From Candidatus Eremiobacteria bacterium (GTDB taxonomy: Bacteria; Vulcanimicrobiota; Vulcanimicrobiia; Vulcanimicrobiales; Vulcanimicrobiaceae): DNA of 64,000 nucleotides. Positions within the stretch are counted from its first letter, which is position 1; each line of letters opens with the position of its first letter. The notes beneath the pieces were generated by a model, which saw nothing but the letters and a program-made list of their open reading frames with translations, did not search any database and was not told where the DNA came from. Where the stretch lies: the NCBI GenBank assembly GCA_963758295.1, contig CAVWUU010000001.1, forward strand, positions 807,863-871,862. Reading direction: 5' to 3'. This document shows, piece by piece, positions 53,726 to 62,689 of the stretch. Position numbers and translations under genes: made by a program.

Positions 53726-55243
53726 CTACTGCGTCGAGAAAGGCTTCAGGTAGCACGCCCGGTTCGGGTAGTCGAAGATCACCGTAAAATACTTGAGAAT
53801 ATCGCGTCCTACGAGGCCGTCGTAGTCGTCATCAACCTTGCGGTTCAACGGGACGCGCACGAGCACGTCTTCCAAGATGTAGTCGCCGAGCTCGACATGC
53901 GAAAAGCGATACGATTGCGTCTTCGTCGGGCCCCCGATGAACTGCGCGCCGTCGTAATCCTCGCCTTCCTTCGGTGCGGCGAACTGCGAGAAATAATGCG
54001 GATAAAGCATCGTCGCGAACGCGCCCAGATCCGCGATGAACGTTCCTTTCTTTCCGTTGAACGTGGCGTCGAGCATCGGCACGTAATCGTCGGTTGAAAT
54101 GGGAAGCTTCGCGTACCCGTCCGGAGTGCTCGCAAGCTGCGGCGCGATCGTTACCCGCCGGTTCCGGAAGTCGACCGTCACGGCGCCGCTTGCGAAGAAG
54201 TCGCCGCCGATCAGACCGACGACTTTCATGTCCCCCACCGGCTCGGTGTACGGGACGACTTCAACGGCTAGATTATGCGCGTGCAGCGCGCCCACCGAAA
54301 CGTCGGGAAGAACCGTGCGCGAATACTCAAGGTCGCCGCCGATAGTGCTCATATTCCGTCCGTGCATGCTCAATCCCAGACTTTGCGCGGTGCCGCGATC
54401 GATATTTACGCCCGACGCTCCGGAATCTAAAACGAAATCCAGACCGCGTCCGCCGACATTGATACGCACGATGATGCCGTCTTCGGTGAATGTTGAGGGA
54501 ATCTCGACCGGTGCATTGGTGGCGAATTGGAAGGGCCGCGCGGATGGCGGAATCGCGAAAGTCGAAGACGGGAGATTTTTCACATCTTCCAGTGAGGTTA
54601 CGCGGGATGTCGAGTCGTTGACGGATCGCCCGTCGGAGTAGCGGCTCAGCCGCGCAATTTGCATGCCGTGAAACGGCGCGTACTCTTCGTACGTCCGGAC
54701 GTGAACGTGCCCGTCGTATTCCGTCGTCTCGATGCGGTTCAGCAAATACGTCCTGGCATCGTAATAGCGGCGTTGGCGAAGCGCGTCGCGCGGTTGCAGT
54801 TCCAGCACGATCGACGGCTTTTCGTCTTTGGTGATCCCGAGAACGTGCATTTTTGAAGAGGGCGCGTTGGGGGCGCTTAGCGCTTGGCGAAACGGGTCGG
54901 CCGTTAAGGCGAAATCCGTGGTGTGTACTACGACGCCGTTTGGATTGCGTTCCCAGTCGGTGCCGTGCCATGAGCCGAACGATCGCGTAAACGGTCCATC
55001 GGCGTCCGTTTCAACGTAGTCGTTGCCGTCGGTCACAAAATCCGTGTGGATGGTGCGCTCGCCGTTGACAGTTTCCTGGGCTTCGCGGTAGGCATGGCCT
55101 TCCATCGATCCGCGCGCAGCAGCCGCTTTTTCGAGCAATTCCGGCGGCGCTATGGAAACCGGCGCATAGTCATCGGCGCCAATCGCGTTCCCGAACGAAA
55201 GCGCGAATGAAAGAACCAGTGGAACGACAAGAAAACGTTTCAT
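53726..55243 (-). CDS. Secreted protein with two retropepsin-like aspartyl protease domains
   Basis: Signal peptide MKRFLVVPLVLSFALSF; FVLDSGAS...GLIGGDFF and FIADLGA...DGLVGRDIL..F.V.FDY. Confidence 0.8.
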   Translation of the reverse strand: MKRFLVVPLVLSFALSFGNAIGADDYAPVSIAPPELLEKAAAARGSMEGHAYREAQETVNGERTIHTDFVTDGNDYVETDADGPFTRSFGSWHGTDWERNPNGVVVHTTDFALTADPFRQALSAPNAPSSKMHVLGITKDEKPSIVLELQPRDALRQRRYYDARTYLLNRIETTEYDGHVHVRTYEEYAPFHGMQIARLSRYSDGRSVNDSTSRVTSLEDVKNLPSSTFAIPPSARPFQFATNAPVEIPSTFTEDGIIVRINVGGRGLDFVLDSGASGVNIDRGTAQSLGLSMHGRNMSTIGGDLEYSRTVLPDVSVGALHAHNLAVEVVPYTEPVGDMKVVGLIGGDFFASGAVTVDFRNRRVTIAPQLASTPDGYAKLPISTDDYVPMLDATFNGKKGTFIADLGAFATMLYPHYFSQFAAPKEGEDYDGAQFIGGPTKTQSYRFSHVELGDYILEDVLVRVPLNRKVDDDYDGLVGRDILKYFTVIFDYPNRACYLKPFSTQ

Positions 55244-55338
55244 CGAGCACCCCGAGCAAAACGGCAGACGGGCACGTCGAAACGTGTCCGTCTTGCTAAA
55301 CTTCGTTCGGAGCAAAAACGGCCCTTGTGCCAAAATAC

Positions 55339-56148
55339 CTATAGCGCGTCGACCGCAGTTGCGTAAGGACGCACGATGGGACGCGGAAGGTGAATCGGAG
55401 GCTGAGAATTTCCGGCAACGAGTGCTCCGCCTAGATCCACGTTCGCCGCATTGTTTTGCACGTCGACGCCTTGGCCGTTCGCCGTGAGATTCGTTGTAAT
55501 TTGGCCGCCGGCGCCGTTGTTTGCTGTGATCTGCAACCCGTTCTGCGTGCGTGAGACGGTTTGCCCGTTCCCGAAATCGATCGTTTGTCCGACGGCGATC
55601 GGCACTTGCGCGCCATCTTGCAGGATCGAGGCGTTTCCCGCTTTGTCCAGAGAAACCGAGGTTAAGCCGTAGTTCGTCGTGACGGTCGCGGAGCTGTTGT
55701 ACGTTACACCGTTCGCCGACGGCGCCGTGACTTGGGTCGAAACTTGGTAACCGCCGGAAAAGGAATCGGAGTGAAGCAGATCAGGCTGCGCGGCCATGCT
55801 ATCCCATTTGCCGCCGTTGAAAGCGAGGTGCGGATCGCCGGTAGACGAGCCGGTTGCGTTTTGAAAATACTGCTCGCCGTTGTTCTGAGTTCCGCGGCCC
55901 TGAAGCATTTGCCCAAGTTGCTGAAGCAACGACGAGAGCTGCGAGAGCAAGCCGCTTAAAAATGAACCGCCGCTTGTCGTGCCGCTTGTTCCGTACCCCA
56001 AGTCGAATCCGGGCGGCATGAACCGCCGGATCGAGTCGTTCGGCGCGAACGCGGGCGACGCGACATAACCGGCATTTTGCGATGCGTCGTTGGGGAAATC
56101 GAGCGTTTGCGCTTGCAGCGCATCGGTCGCCGGGGGCTGGACGAACAT
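55339..56148 (-). CDS. Hypothetical Gly/Gln/Asn-rich protein with a GDPH (VWD-like) motif
   Basis: GGAGG RBS; 269 aa, no Cys, no signal peptide; GLLSQLSSLLQQLGQMLQG helix; TGDPHLAFNGGKWD. Confidence 0.7.
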   Translation of the reverse strand: MFVQPPATDALQAQTLDFPNDASQNAGYVASPAFAPNDSIRRFMPPGFDLGYGTSGTTSGGSFLSGLLSQLSSLLQQLGQMLQGRGTQNNGEQYFQNATGSSTGDPHLAFNGGKWDSMAAQPDLLHSDSFSGGYQVSTQVTAPSANGVTYNSSATVTTNYGLTSVSLDKAGNASILQDGAQVPIAVGQTIDFGNGQTVSRTQNGLQITANNGAGGQITTNLTANGQGVDVQNNAANVDLGGALVAGNSQPPIHLPRPIVRPYATAVDAL

Positions 56149-56240
56149 CGATAAACCTCCTCGTTGATGCCGCTCCTATCACGCAAAGGCGCGGCACAAC
56201 AAGGGAGACCGTGGAGAACGGCGAGAATCGGCAGAGCGCT

Positions 56241-57351
56241 ATGAGCGACAGCCAACTCACGACCATTGCCCGCCTAAGCGATCGCCTCGTGACGCTGAAG
56301 GAGCGTCTTTGACTACGTAGGGACTAAACGGCGCATCGCCGAGCTCGACGAGCGCTCGCGTGCCGATGCGTTTTGGAACGATCCTGAAAGCGCGCAACGG
56401 ACGATGAAAGAACTTGCCGACTTGCGCGACGAGGCGGGCCGAATGGAGGGCGTCGAGCGGGCGCTGAGCGACGCGCGGGAGTTGCTGCACCTCTTCGCCG
56501 GCGATAGTTCGGTCGATAACGAAGTCGACACGGCGATCGATCAGGCCAACGCGGCGCTCGATGAACTGGAGATGGCCGCCAACTTCGATGGTGAATTCGA
56601 TTCCCACGGCGCCATCGTCAGCATCTTCGCCGGTGCCGGCGGCGTTGACGCAGCGGATTGGACGCAAATGTTGCTGCGTATGTATCTGCGCTGGGCCGAT
56701 ACGAAGGGCTTCGCCACGCAAATCGTCGACGAATCGCCCGCGGAAGAAGCCGGCTTAAAATCCGTCACGTTTTTCGTGCGGGGACGCAACGCTTACGGCA
56801 TGCTCGAGAGCGAGCGAGGCGTGCACCGTCTCGTGCGCCTTTCGCCGTTCGACGCGGCGCACCGGCGCCATACGTCTTTTGCTGCCGTCGACATCATTCC
56901 GGAAATTGAGGCCGGCGAAAACCTTGAGGTGGAAATCAAACCGGAAGATCTTCGCGTCGAAACGTTTAAAGCGGGCGGCGCCGGCGGCCAATACGTCAAC
57001 AAGACGGAGTCGGCCGTGCGAATCATTCATATTCCAACGAACACGATCGTTGCTTCGCAACAGGAACGTTCGCAGGCGCAAAACCGCGATGTTGCGATGA
57101 ATATCTTGCGCGCGAAACTGGTGCTCCGTGCGGCGGAAGAACGCGATAAGAAACTCAGCGAACTGCGCGGCGAACGGCAGGCAAACGAGTGGGGTTCGCA
57201 GATCCGTTCGTACGTGCTCCAGCCCTATCAGCTGGTAAAGGATCATCGTACGAACGTCGAGACCGGCAACGCTCAAGGCGTTTTGGACGGGGACATCGAC
57301 ACCTTCGTGTGGCCGTATCTCCAGGAACGTCGCAATTTGGCGAAGGCATAA
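56241..57351 (+). CDS. prfB: Peptide chain release factor 2, programmed +1 frameshift
   Basis: Short ORF from ATG 56241 ends AAGGAG-CGT-CTT-TGA-C (56307-56313). The +1 frame carries SPF and GGQ motifs. Confidence 0.97.
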
Positions 57352-57358
57352 CGGCACC

Positions 57359-58723
57359 GTGCGCGATCGTTTGCTGTGGGCTGCCGTCGTCCTTTATACG
57401 GCAGTCTTTACGGCGCTCGGCATTCACAAGTACGCGGTCCATCGAAACTTCGTCGACTTCGGAATCTTCGCGCAGACCACGGCAAGCGCGTTCGGCTGTT
57501 TTTGCAACAGCGTCGAGGGCAGCCACTGGGCGTTTCACTTTTCTCCCATTCTTTATCTGGCGGGAGCTTTCGTGTGGGTGTGGCATTCGCCGTACGCACT
57601 CATCACGCTTCAGTCGCTTGCGTGCGCGCTCGTACTGCCGCCGATTTATGGCCTCGTCGCGCGCCACGCCGGAGGCAACACGGCGCGCCTGGCATTACTC
57701 GTCGCCTTTCTTTATCCAGCGCTCGCGGGCCTGACGTTCAACGATTTTCACGAAAACGACTTTGCACCGGCCGCAATTGCGTGGCTCGTTTGGGCCTTCG
57801 ACGGCGGATATCTTATAGCAGCGTACGTTTTTGCCGCGTTCGCTCTTGCCGTGAAGGAAGATCAAGCGTATTTCCTCATCGCCGCCGGCGCACTCACGTA
57901 TCTGCGGTTTCGCGGGACGTCGTTCGGCCGGGCCGCGCTCTTCATCGGCGCTGCCGCCGCGATCGTGGTGGTCGAGTACTTCCGCCACATTCAGCCGGCG
58001 GCCGCCGCAAATTTACACTGGGCCCCCGAACGTTTCTACGCATGGACCGCTCAGGACGTTCATCAACTCTTCTTTAGCGGCATCGTCCAACGCCTAGGCT
58101 TTATCGTGCTGGCGTTTTTACCGTTGCTGTTTTTGCCGTTCCGTTCCCGATTGATTTGGCTTGCGATTCTGCCGCTCGCGGAAGTGCTCGCTTCGCGCAT
58201 GCCGACGACGTTCACGATGGGATCGCATTACGCGGGTGCCTGGATCGGCTGGGTGCTTGCCGCATTTGCCTTTGCCGTGCGCAAGTTGCCGGAGCAGAAA
58301 GCCGGGCGTGCATTGATATGGTGCGCTGCATTGTGCGCGCTCGAGCTGATTGTGGCAAATCCCCTGCACCCCGGATTGAATTTGCGCCGCACGCAGGCAC
58401 GTGATGCAGCGTTGGACAGCGTGCTTCGCGCGTTGCCGCACGATATGCCCGTCGCGACGCAAGAAGAAGCGTACACGCATTTAGCGCTCGATAATCCAAA
58501 CGCAACCGTGCTGCCGGAAAATCCCTCGTTTCCGCTTTCGCAACCTTTCGCGTTGATCGATCGCGATTTTCCCGAATCACCGCGGCTGCAAGAATACGGG
58601 CCGGCCATTGGACCCCCGTGCTTTGTGCCGGTCCAGTTTTCCGGCGCGATCGTGCTCTATCGGATGCGTTGCGCGGCAGCCGTTAATCCGTCAAGCGCTG
58701 TAACGGCACGCGCCGGCCACTGA
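57359..58723 (+). CDS. DUF2079-family membrane protein
   Basis: DFGIFAQ, HFSPIL, LITLQ, DFHE and VKED motifs with many TM helices. Confidence 0.75.
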   Translation: MRDRLLWAAVVLYTAVFTALGIHKYAVHRNFVDFGIFAQTTASAFGCFCNSVEGSHWAFHFSPILYLAGAFVWVWHSPYALITLQSLACALVLPPIYGLVARHAGGNTARLALLVAFLYPALAGLTFNDFHENDFAPAAIAWLVWAFDGGYLIAAYVFAAFALAVKEDQAYFLIAAGALTYLRFRGTSFGRAALFIGAAAAIVVVEYFRHIQPAAAANLHWAPERFYAWTAQDVHQLFFSGIVQRLGFIVLAFLPLLFLPFRSRLIWLAILPLAEVLASRMPTTFTMGSHYAGAWIGWVLAAFAFAVRKLPEQKAGRALIWCAALCALELIVANPLHPGLNLRRTQARDAALDSVLRALPHDMPVATQEEAYTHLALDNPNATVLPENPSFPLSQPFALIDRDFPESPRLQEYGPAIGPPCFVPVQFSGAIVLYRMRCAAAVNPSSAVTARAGH

Positions 58724-59667
58724 TCGTCGGCTTTTATAATGCGGTAAGGCGCCGCCCACGGTGCCCAGCGCGCCGCCTGTAATTCGAAGTACGAAACGGG
58801 CGGAAAGATCGCAACGGCCGGCGTTCCGACCATTCCTGCTACGTGGATGGCGCCCGAATCTGGAGCAACGATTCCGCGCGCCCCGGCAATCGCGGCCTTC
58901 CACGCGGGAAGGTCGGTGAAGCGCGTGACCGGCAGCCCGGATGCATCTTCGATGCGCTCGGCGTATTGCGATTCGCGTGTCGACGCAATGGCGTGAACCC
59001 GATAGGTTTGTGCGAGAAGGTTCAGCATCGCGACGACTTCCGGTAGCGCAATGCCCAAACGCTCCCACTTGTCGGTAATCTGCACGGCGATCGAATCCGA
59101 GGGTTCCGCCGGGCCGTCGAGGACAAGCGGACGCAACCGCGCGAGGTCGTGAGTCGGGTCGGTTTCGCGAACGAGCGTTTTGCCAAGCGAAAAGAGCACT
59201 TCGCATTCATGGGGAGCGCTTTCGTCCAGACCGGCTGAACGGTACAGCGTTGTGGTCAGCATCGTTCGCAGCCACAACGTTTTGAGCGGCTTGCCCCAGC
59301 CATTGGTAAAGCCGGCGCGATGCGGCGTTCGAAGTTCCCGTGCCAATAAGTAGCCGCCGGGATCCTCGGTCGCGATGAGCGTGTGGGTGTATCCGCGGGG
59401 CCGGAGTTCATCGGCGAAGGCTACGATCGCTTTGCGATTTTGCTTCGTATTCGAGCGTAAAGCGAATGGCGCAACAAAGCGGTCACGCGCCGCCAAGTCG
59501 GAGAGCGCGTCGCGGTTCGCCCTGCGCAAAACGAGATCGACCGGAATCTTCTCGTCACGAAAGGCTGCAAGCAGCGGCGTGAGCGCCAGCGCATCCCCGA
59601 TTGCGTCGAGGCGGATCAGCAGCACGGACGGTGAAGAAGAGTCGTGAATGGTCGCGCGTGAGGACAT
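58657..59667 (-). CDS. Glycosyltransferase family 9 (heptosyltransferase-like)
   Basis: LLIRLDAIGDAL...P and APDSGAIHVA..VGTP.VAIF. Start uncertain. Confidence 0.82.
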   Translation of the reverse strand: MSSRATIHDSSSPSVLLIRLDAIGDALALTPLLAAFRDEKIPVDLVLRRANRDALSDLAARDRFVAPFALRSNTKQNRKAIVAFADELRPRGYTHTLIATEDPGGYLLARELRTPHRAGFTNGWGKPLKTLWLRTMLTTTLYRSAGLDESAPHECEVLFSLGKTLVRETDPTHDLARLRPLVLDGPAEPSDSIAVQITDKWERLGIALPEVVAMLNLLAQTYRVHAIASTRESQYAERIEDASGLPVTRFTDLPAWKAAIAGARGIVAPDSGAIHVAGMVGTPAVAIFPPVSYFELQAARWAPWAAPYRIIKADDQWPARAVTALDGLTAAAQRIR

Positions 59668-59989
59668 CGTTACCTTCGAAGAGTTGACCGGGTACCGGGT
59701 GGTGCGCCGTTTTGGTTACGTCTCCGGGATTGCCTCCCGCCCGCGCAATCGATTTCGCTCGACGTTTCGAAGCTTGGGGATGCTGATCGGCGTCTCACCA
59801 AACGAGTTCCTGAGCGACGCGGAACATCTACGCGCCGAGGCGTTAGAAGGCCTAAACGAACGCGCGAACACCTACGGTGCAAACGCCGTTGTGGGCTTGA
59901 GCTTTCACGTTTCGGAGGGTGCGGACGGATCTTGCAAGGTCGTCGCATTCGGGGAAGCCGTACTCGTTACGCCCGAGGAGCACGCGTGA
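59648..59989 (+). CDS. YbjQ/UPF0145 family protein
   Basis: LTGYRVVRRFGYVSG, R.EAL..L..RA..YGANAVVG and VAFGEAV. Confidence 0.8.
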   Translation: MVAREDIVTFEELTGYRVVRRFGYVSGIASRPRNRFRSTFRSLGMLIGVSPNEFLSDAEHLRAEALEGLNERANTYGANAVVGLSFHVSEGADGSCKVVAFGEAVLVTPEEHA

Positions 59990-60657
59990 CGAGACTCGAG
60001 GAACGCGCACGTCGCGAGCGTCTATTAGCCAATGCGGCGCAAGCTGTTTCCGCCTGCCGGAAGTGCGCGATCGGGTCGGAGCGCCGCAACAGTGTTTACG
60101 GCGAAGGCAATCCGTGCGCGGCGTTGATGATCGTCGGTGAAGGACCCGGCGAAACGGAAGATTTGCTCGGACGGCCCTTCGTCGGGCGAGCAGGGCAGCT
60201 CTTAGATAAAATGCTTGGCGCGATCGATCTGGCACGCGAAGACGTCTTTATCTGCAACACCGTGAAGTGCAGGCCTACGCTCCCCGGCCCGCGCGGGCCG
60301 AAGAACCGGGCTCCGGATCCGGTTGAAATGACGAATTGCCGTCCGTATCTCGATGAGCAAATCGACATCATCCGTCCGACGGCAATCCTCGCCTTGGGCG
60401 CGCCCGCGGCCAAGTCATTTCTGGGTCGCGATTTCCAAATTTCCAAAGGCCGTGGTCAGTGGTACGAAGGGCCGCAACGGATCCCGCTGATGGTGACGTT
60501 CCATCCCGCTTATTTGTTGCGGCAGACGGGCGGCGAGCTAACGGCGGTCAAGCGTCTGGTCTGGTCGGACCTCAAGGCGCTGCGCGATAAGTTGGCTGAG
60601 GCGGCCGAAACGACAGGCGAATCGCCCCTCGAGCAAGCGACGCTTTTTGGGGACTGA
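59986..60657 (+). CDS. udg: Uracil-DNA glycosylase family 4 (Fe-S)
   Basis: CRKC, VGEGPGETED..GRPFVGRAG, NTVKCRP and TFHPAYLLR. GTG start overlaps the ybjQ stop. Confidence 0.92.
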   Translation: MTRLEERARRERLLANAAQAVSACRKCAIGSERRNSVYGEGNPCAALMIVGEGPGETEDLLGRPFVGRAGQLLDKMLGAIDLAREDVFICNTVKCRPTLPGPRGPKNRAPDPVEMTNCRPYLDEQIDIIRPTAILALGAPAAKSFLGRDFQISKGRGQWYEGPQRIPLMVTFHPAYLLRQTGGELTAVKRLVWSDLKALRDKLAEAAETTGESPLEQATLFGD

Positions 60658-60707
60658 CACTCCAGCGGTGGCGGCGCACCGGCCTGGGTGCTATAGTGGG
60701 CGGTGCT

Positions 60708-61805
60708 GTGACCCGAGACCCCCGAGCAATTTGGTTTAACGACGTCTCCCGCCGCGTCGGCTTTTCCGACGCGGATGATTTTGCGCAGGCGTTCGATCTT
60801 AAGCCCTTCCGTTTGAAGCAAATTTATCGCGCCGCCGCCAAAGAACTGGTGCGCGACATCAATGACGTGACGACGTTGCCGAAAGAGCTCCGTTCGGCAC
60901 TCGCGGGACGCGGATTACAATTCACGTCGGTCGAGCCCATCGTGGTGCAGCGCTCCGGCGACGGTCAAACGACGAAGGGCCTCTTCAAACTTCGCGACGG
61001 CAAAGAAGTCGAAGCCGTGCTGATGGAGCACTATGGGGATCGCACCACGGTTTGCATTTCTTCGCAAGCGGGCTGCGCGTTCGCATGCGCGTTTTGCTCC
61101 ACGGGGCAAGCCGGCTTCACGCGCAATCTCGATTCCACCGAAATCTTCGATCAAGCGCTCTACTTCGCACGCGAATTGGCCACTCGGGGTAAGAAGATCT
61201 CAAACGTCGTGTTCATGGGCATGGGCGAACCGTTTCATAATTACGACTCGGTGATGGGCGCCGTTGCACTGCTGAACGATCCGCACGGACTGGGTCTCGG
61301 CCATCGTCACATCACCATATCTACCGTGGGACTCGTCGATCGCATCGACCGGTTTGCCGATGAAGGCTTGCAAGTCAATCTCGCGATTTCGCTGCATGCA
61401 CCGAGCAATCGCGTGCGCAGCGAAATCATGCCGGTGAACCGCAAGTTCAACACGGAAGAACTCATGGCTGCGTGCGAACGCTACGTCGCAAAGACCAACC
61501 GCAAGGTTTTCTTCGAGTACGTCATGCTCGCCGGCGTCAACGACACCGAAGAGTGCGCACGCGACTTAGCCTCCTTGCTGCGCGGCCATCTCTACCATGT
61601 CAATTTGATTCCGTACAACTCGACGCCGGACGGTCCGTTTGCCGGCACGGACGACAAACAAATCTGGGCGTTCGCCGCAGTTCTGGATGCAGCCGGCGTT
61701 CCGACAACCGTGCGTCACAACATGGGCCGCGATATCTCGGCAGCCTGCGGGCAACTTCGCGCAGAAACTCAGCCCAAGGCGCATAAAGCGACCGCTTCCG
61801 TTTAG
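60708..61805 (+). CDS. rlmN: Dual-specificity RNA methyltransferase RlmN
   Basis: CISSQAGCAFACAFCSTG, VFMGMGEP, AISLHA, VNLIPYN and DISAACGQL. Confidence 0.95.
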   Translation: MTRDPRAIWFNDVSRRVGFSDADDFAQAFDLKPFRLKQIYRAAAKELVRDINDVTTLPKELRSALAGRGLQFTSVEPIVVQRSGDGQTTKGLFKLRDGKEVEAVLMEHYGDRTTVCISSQAGCAFACAFCSTGQAGFTRNLDSTEIFDQALYFARELATRGKKISNVVFMGMGEPFHNYDSVMGAVALLNDPHGLGLGHRHITISTVGLVDRIDRFADEGLQVNLAISLHAPSNRVRSEIMPVNRKFNTEELMAACERYVAKTNRKVFFEYVMLAGVNDTEECARDLASLLRGHLYHVNLIPYNSTPDGPFAGTDDKQIWAFAAVLDAAGVPTTVRHNMGRDISAACGQLRAETQPKAHKATASV

Positions 61806-61935
61806 GCACGGTTCCTCTTTCGCTCGTCCAGGAATTTGCGTCGCCTACGGCCGTAAAGGCGTACGTCCAAGGTACGGGCCATAGTCGCGTTGCACTCGAC
61901 ACCAGGGCGACCAGAGCCTATGGAGGAGCACTGAA

Positions 61936-62031
61936 TTGAACGTTGCTGCAGAAGTTGCCGCCGTAATCGTTGCCTTTTTTCTGATACGCTGGATTGCTCA
62001 GAGATGGACTGGCGGCCGCAAAGACCGGTAA
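61936..62031 (+). CDS. Putative 31-aa single-pass membrane peptide
   Basis: GGAGGAG RBS then TTG; product MNVAAEVAAVIVAFFLIRWIAQRWTGGRKDR. Confidence 0.5.
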   Translation: MNVAAEVAAVIVAFFLIRWIAQRWTGGRKDR

Positions 62032-62087
62032 CCGGAGACGGGTTGGAGACGTTTTTTACCTGACAATATCTTCGCGCGCTTGCAATC

Positions 62088-62453
62088 TTACGATGGTCGG
62101 TGCGCTGCAATTTGCCAGTCGTTGTTCCAGGGATCACGGACCATCGCGCGCCTGTCCCCGTATGGCGTGTCGATCGGCTCTTCAATTGTCGATGCGCCGG
62201 CAAAAAGCGCGCGCTCGTATGCCGCATCGACGTCCGGAACATAAACGTAGAGACACGCACGCGTGGACTCGCGAGCATCGGATCCACTTACCATAATTTT
62301 CGAGCCGCCGATGTCCAGTACCGAAGGCCGCTCGGTGAGGAATTCCCCGTCAGCTCCAAAAACGGATTTCAAAAAGGAAACGCACTCACTAGGCTGTTCT
62401 ACGAAGAGACGCGGAGTAATGCGAGGCCAATCTTCTGGAATCCACTGATCCAT
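62088..62453 (-). CDS. VOC family protein (PhnB-like)
   Basis: ITPRL, FLKSVFGA, LYVYVPDVDAAYERAL.AGA and PYGDRRAMVRDPWNN.W. AAGGAG RBS before ATG 62453. Confidence 0.85.
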   Translation of the reverse strand: MDQWIPEDWPRITPRLFVEQPSECVSFLKSVFGADGEFLTERPSVLDIGGSKIMVSGSDARESTRACLYVYVPDVDAAYERALFAGASTIEEPIDTPYGDRRAMVRDPWNNDWQIAAHRPS

Positions 62454-62689
62454 GTTCGCTCCTTTGACTTTGCGGTCTACGTTCATCCAACCGCGGACGA
62501 AACAATGCCGCGCTGCCAAGCTAAATACTGCATGAGCCTCCAAGCTGCAGCGGCCGAAGCGCCCGGGATATTACGCCGCGGAAGCTTCCCAATCAACGAT
62601 ACGCTCTTACCTGGAAGCGGCCGCTGCGCCGCGCGAAGCGTGGCTTTCACGTGCTCCTAAACGCGCGACGGCGGCCGTGAAGAAGTAAC

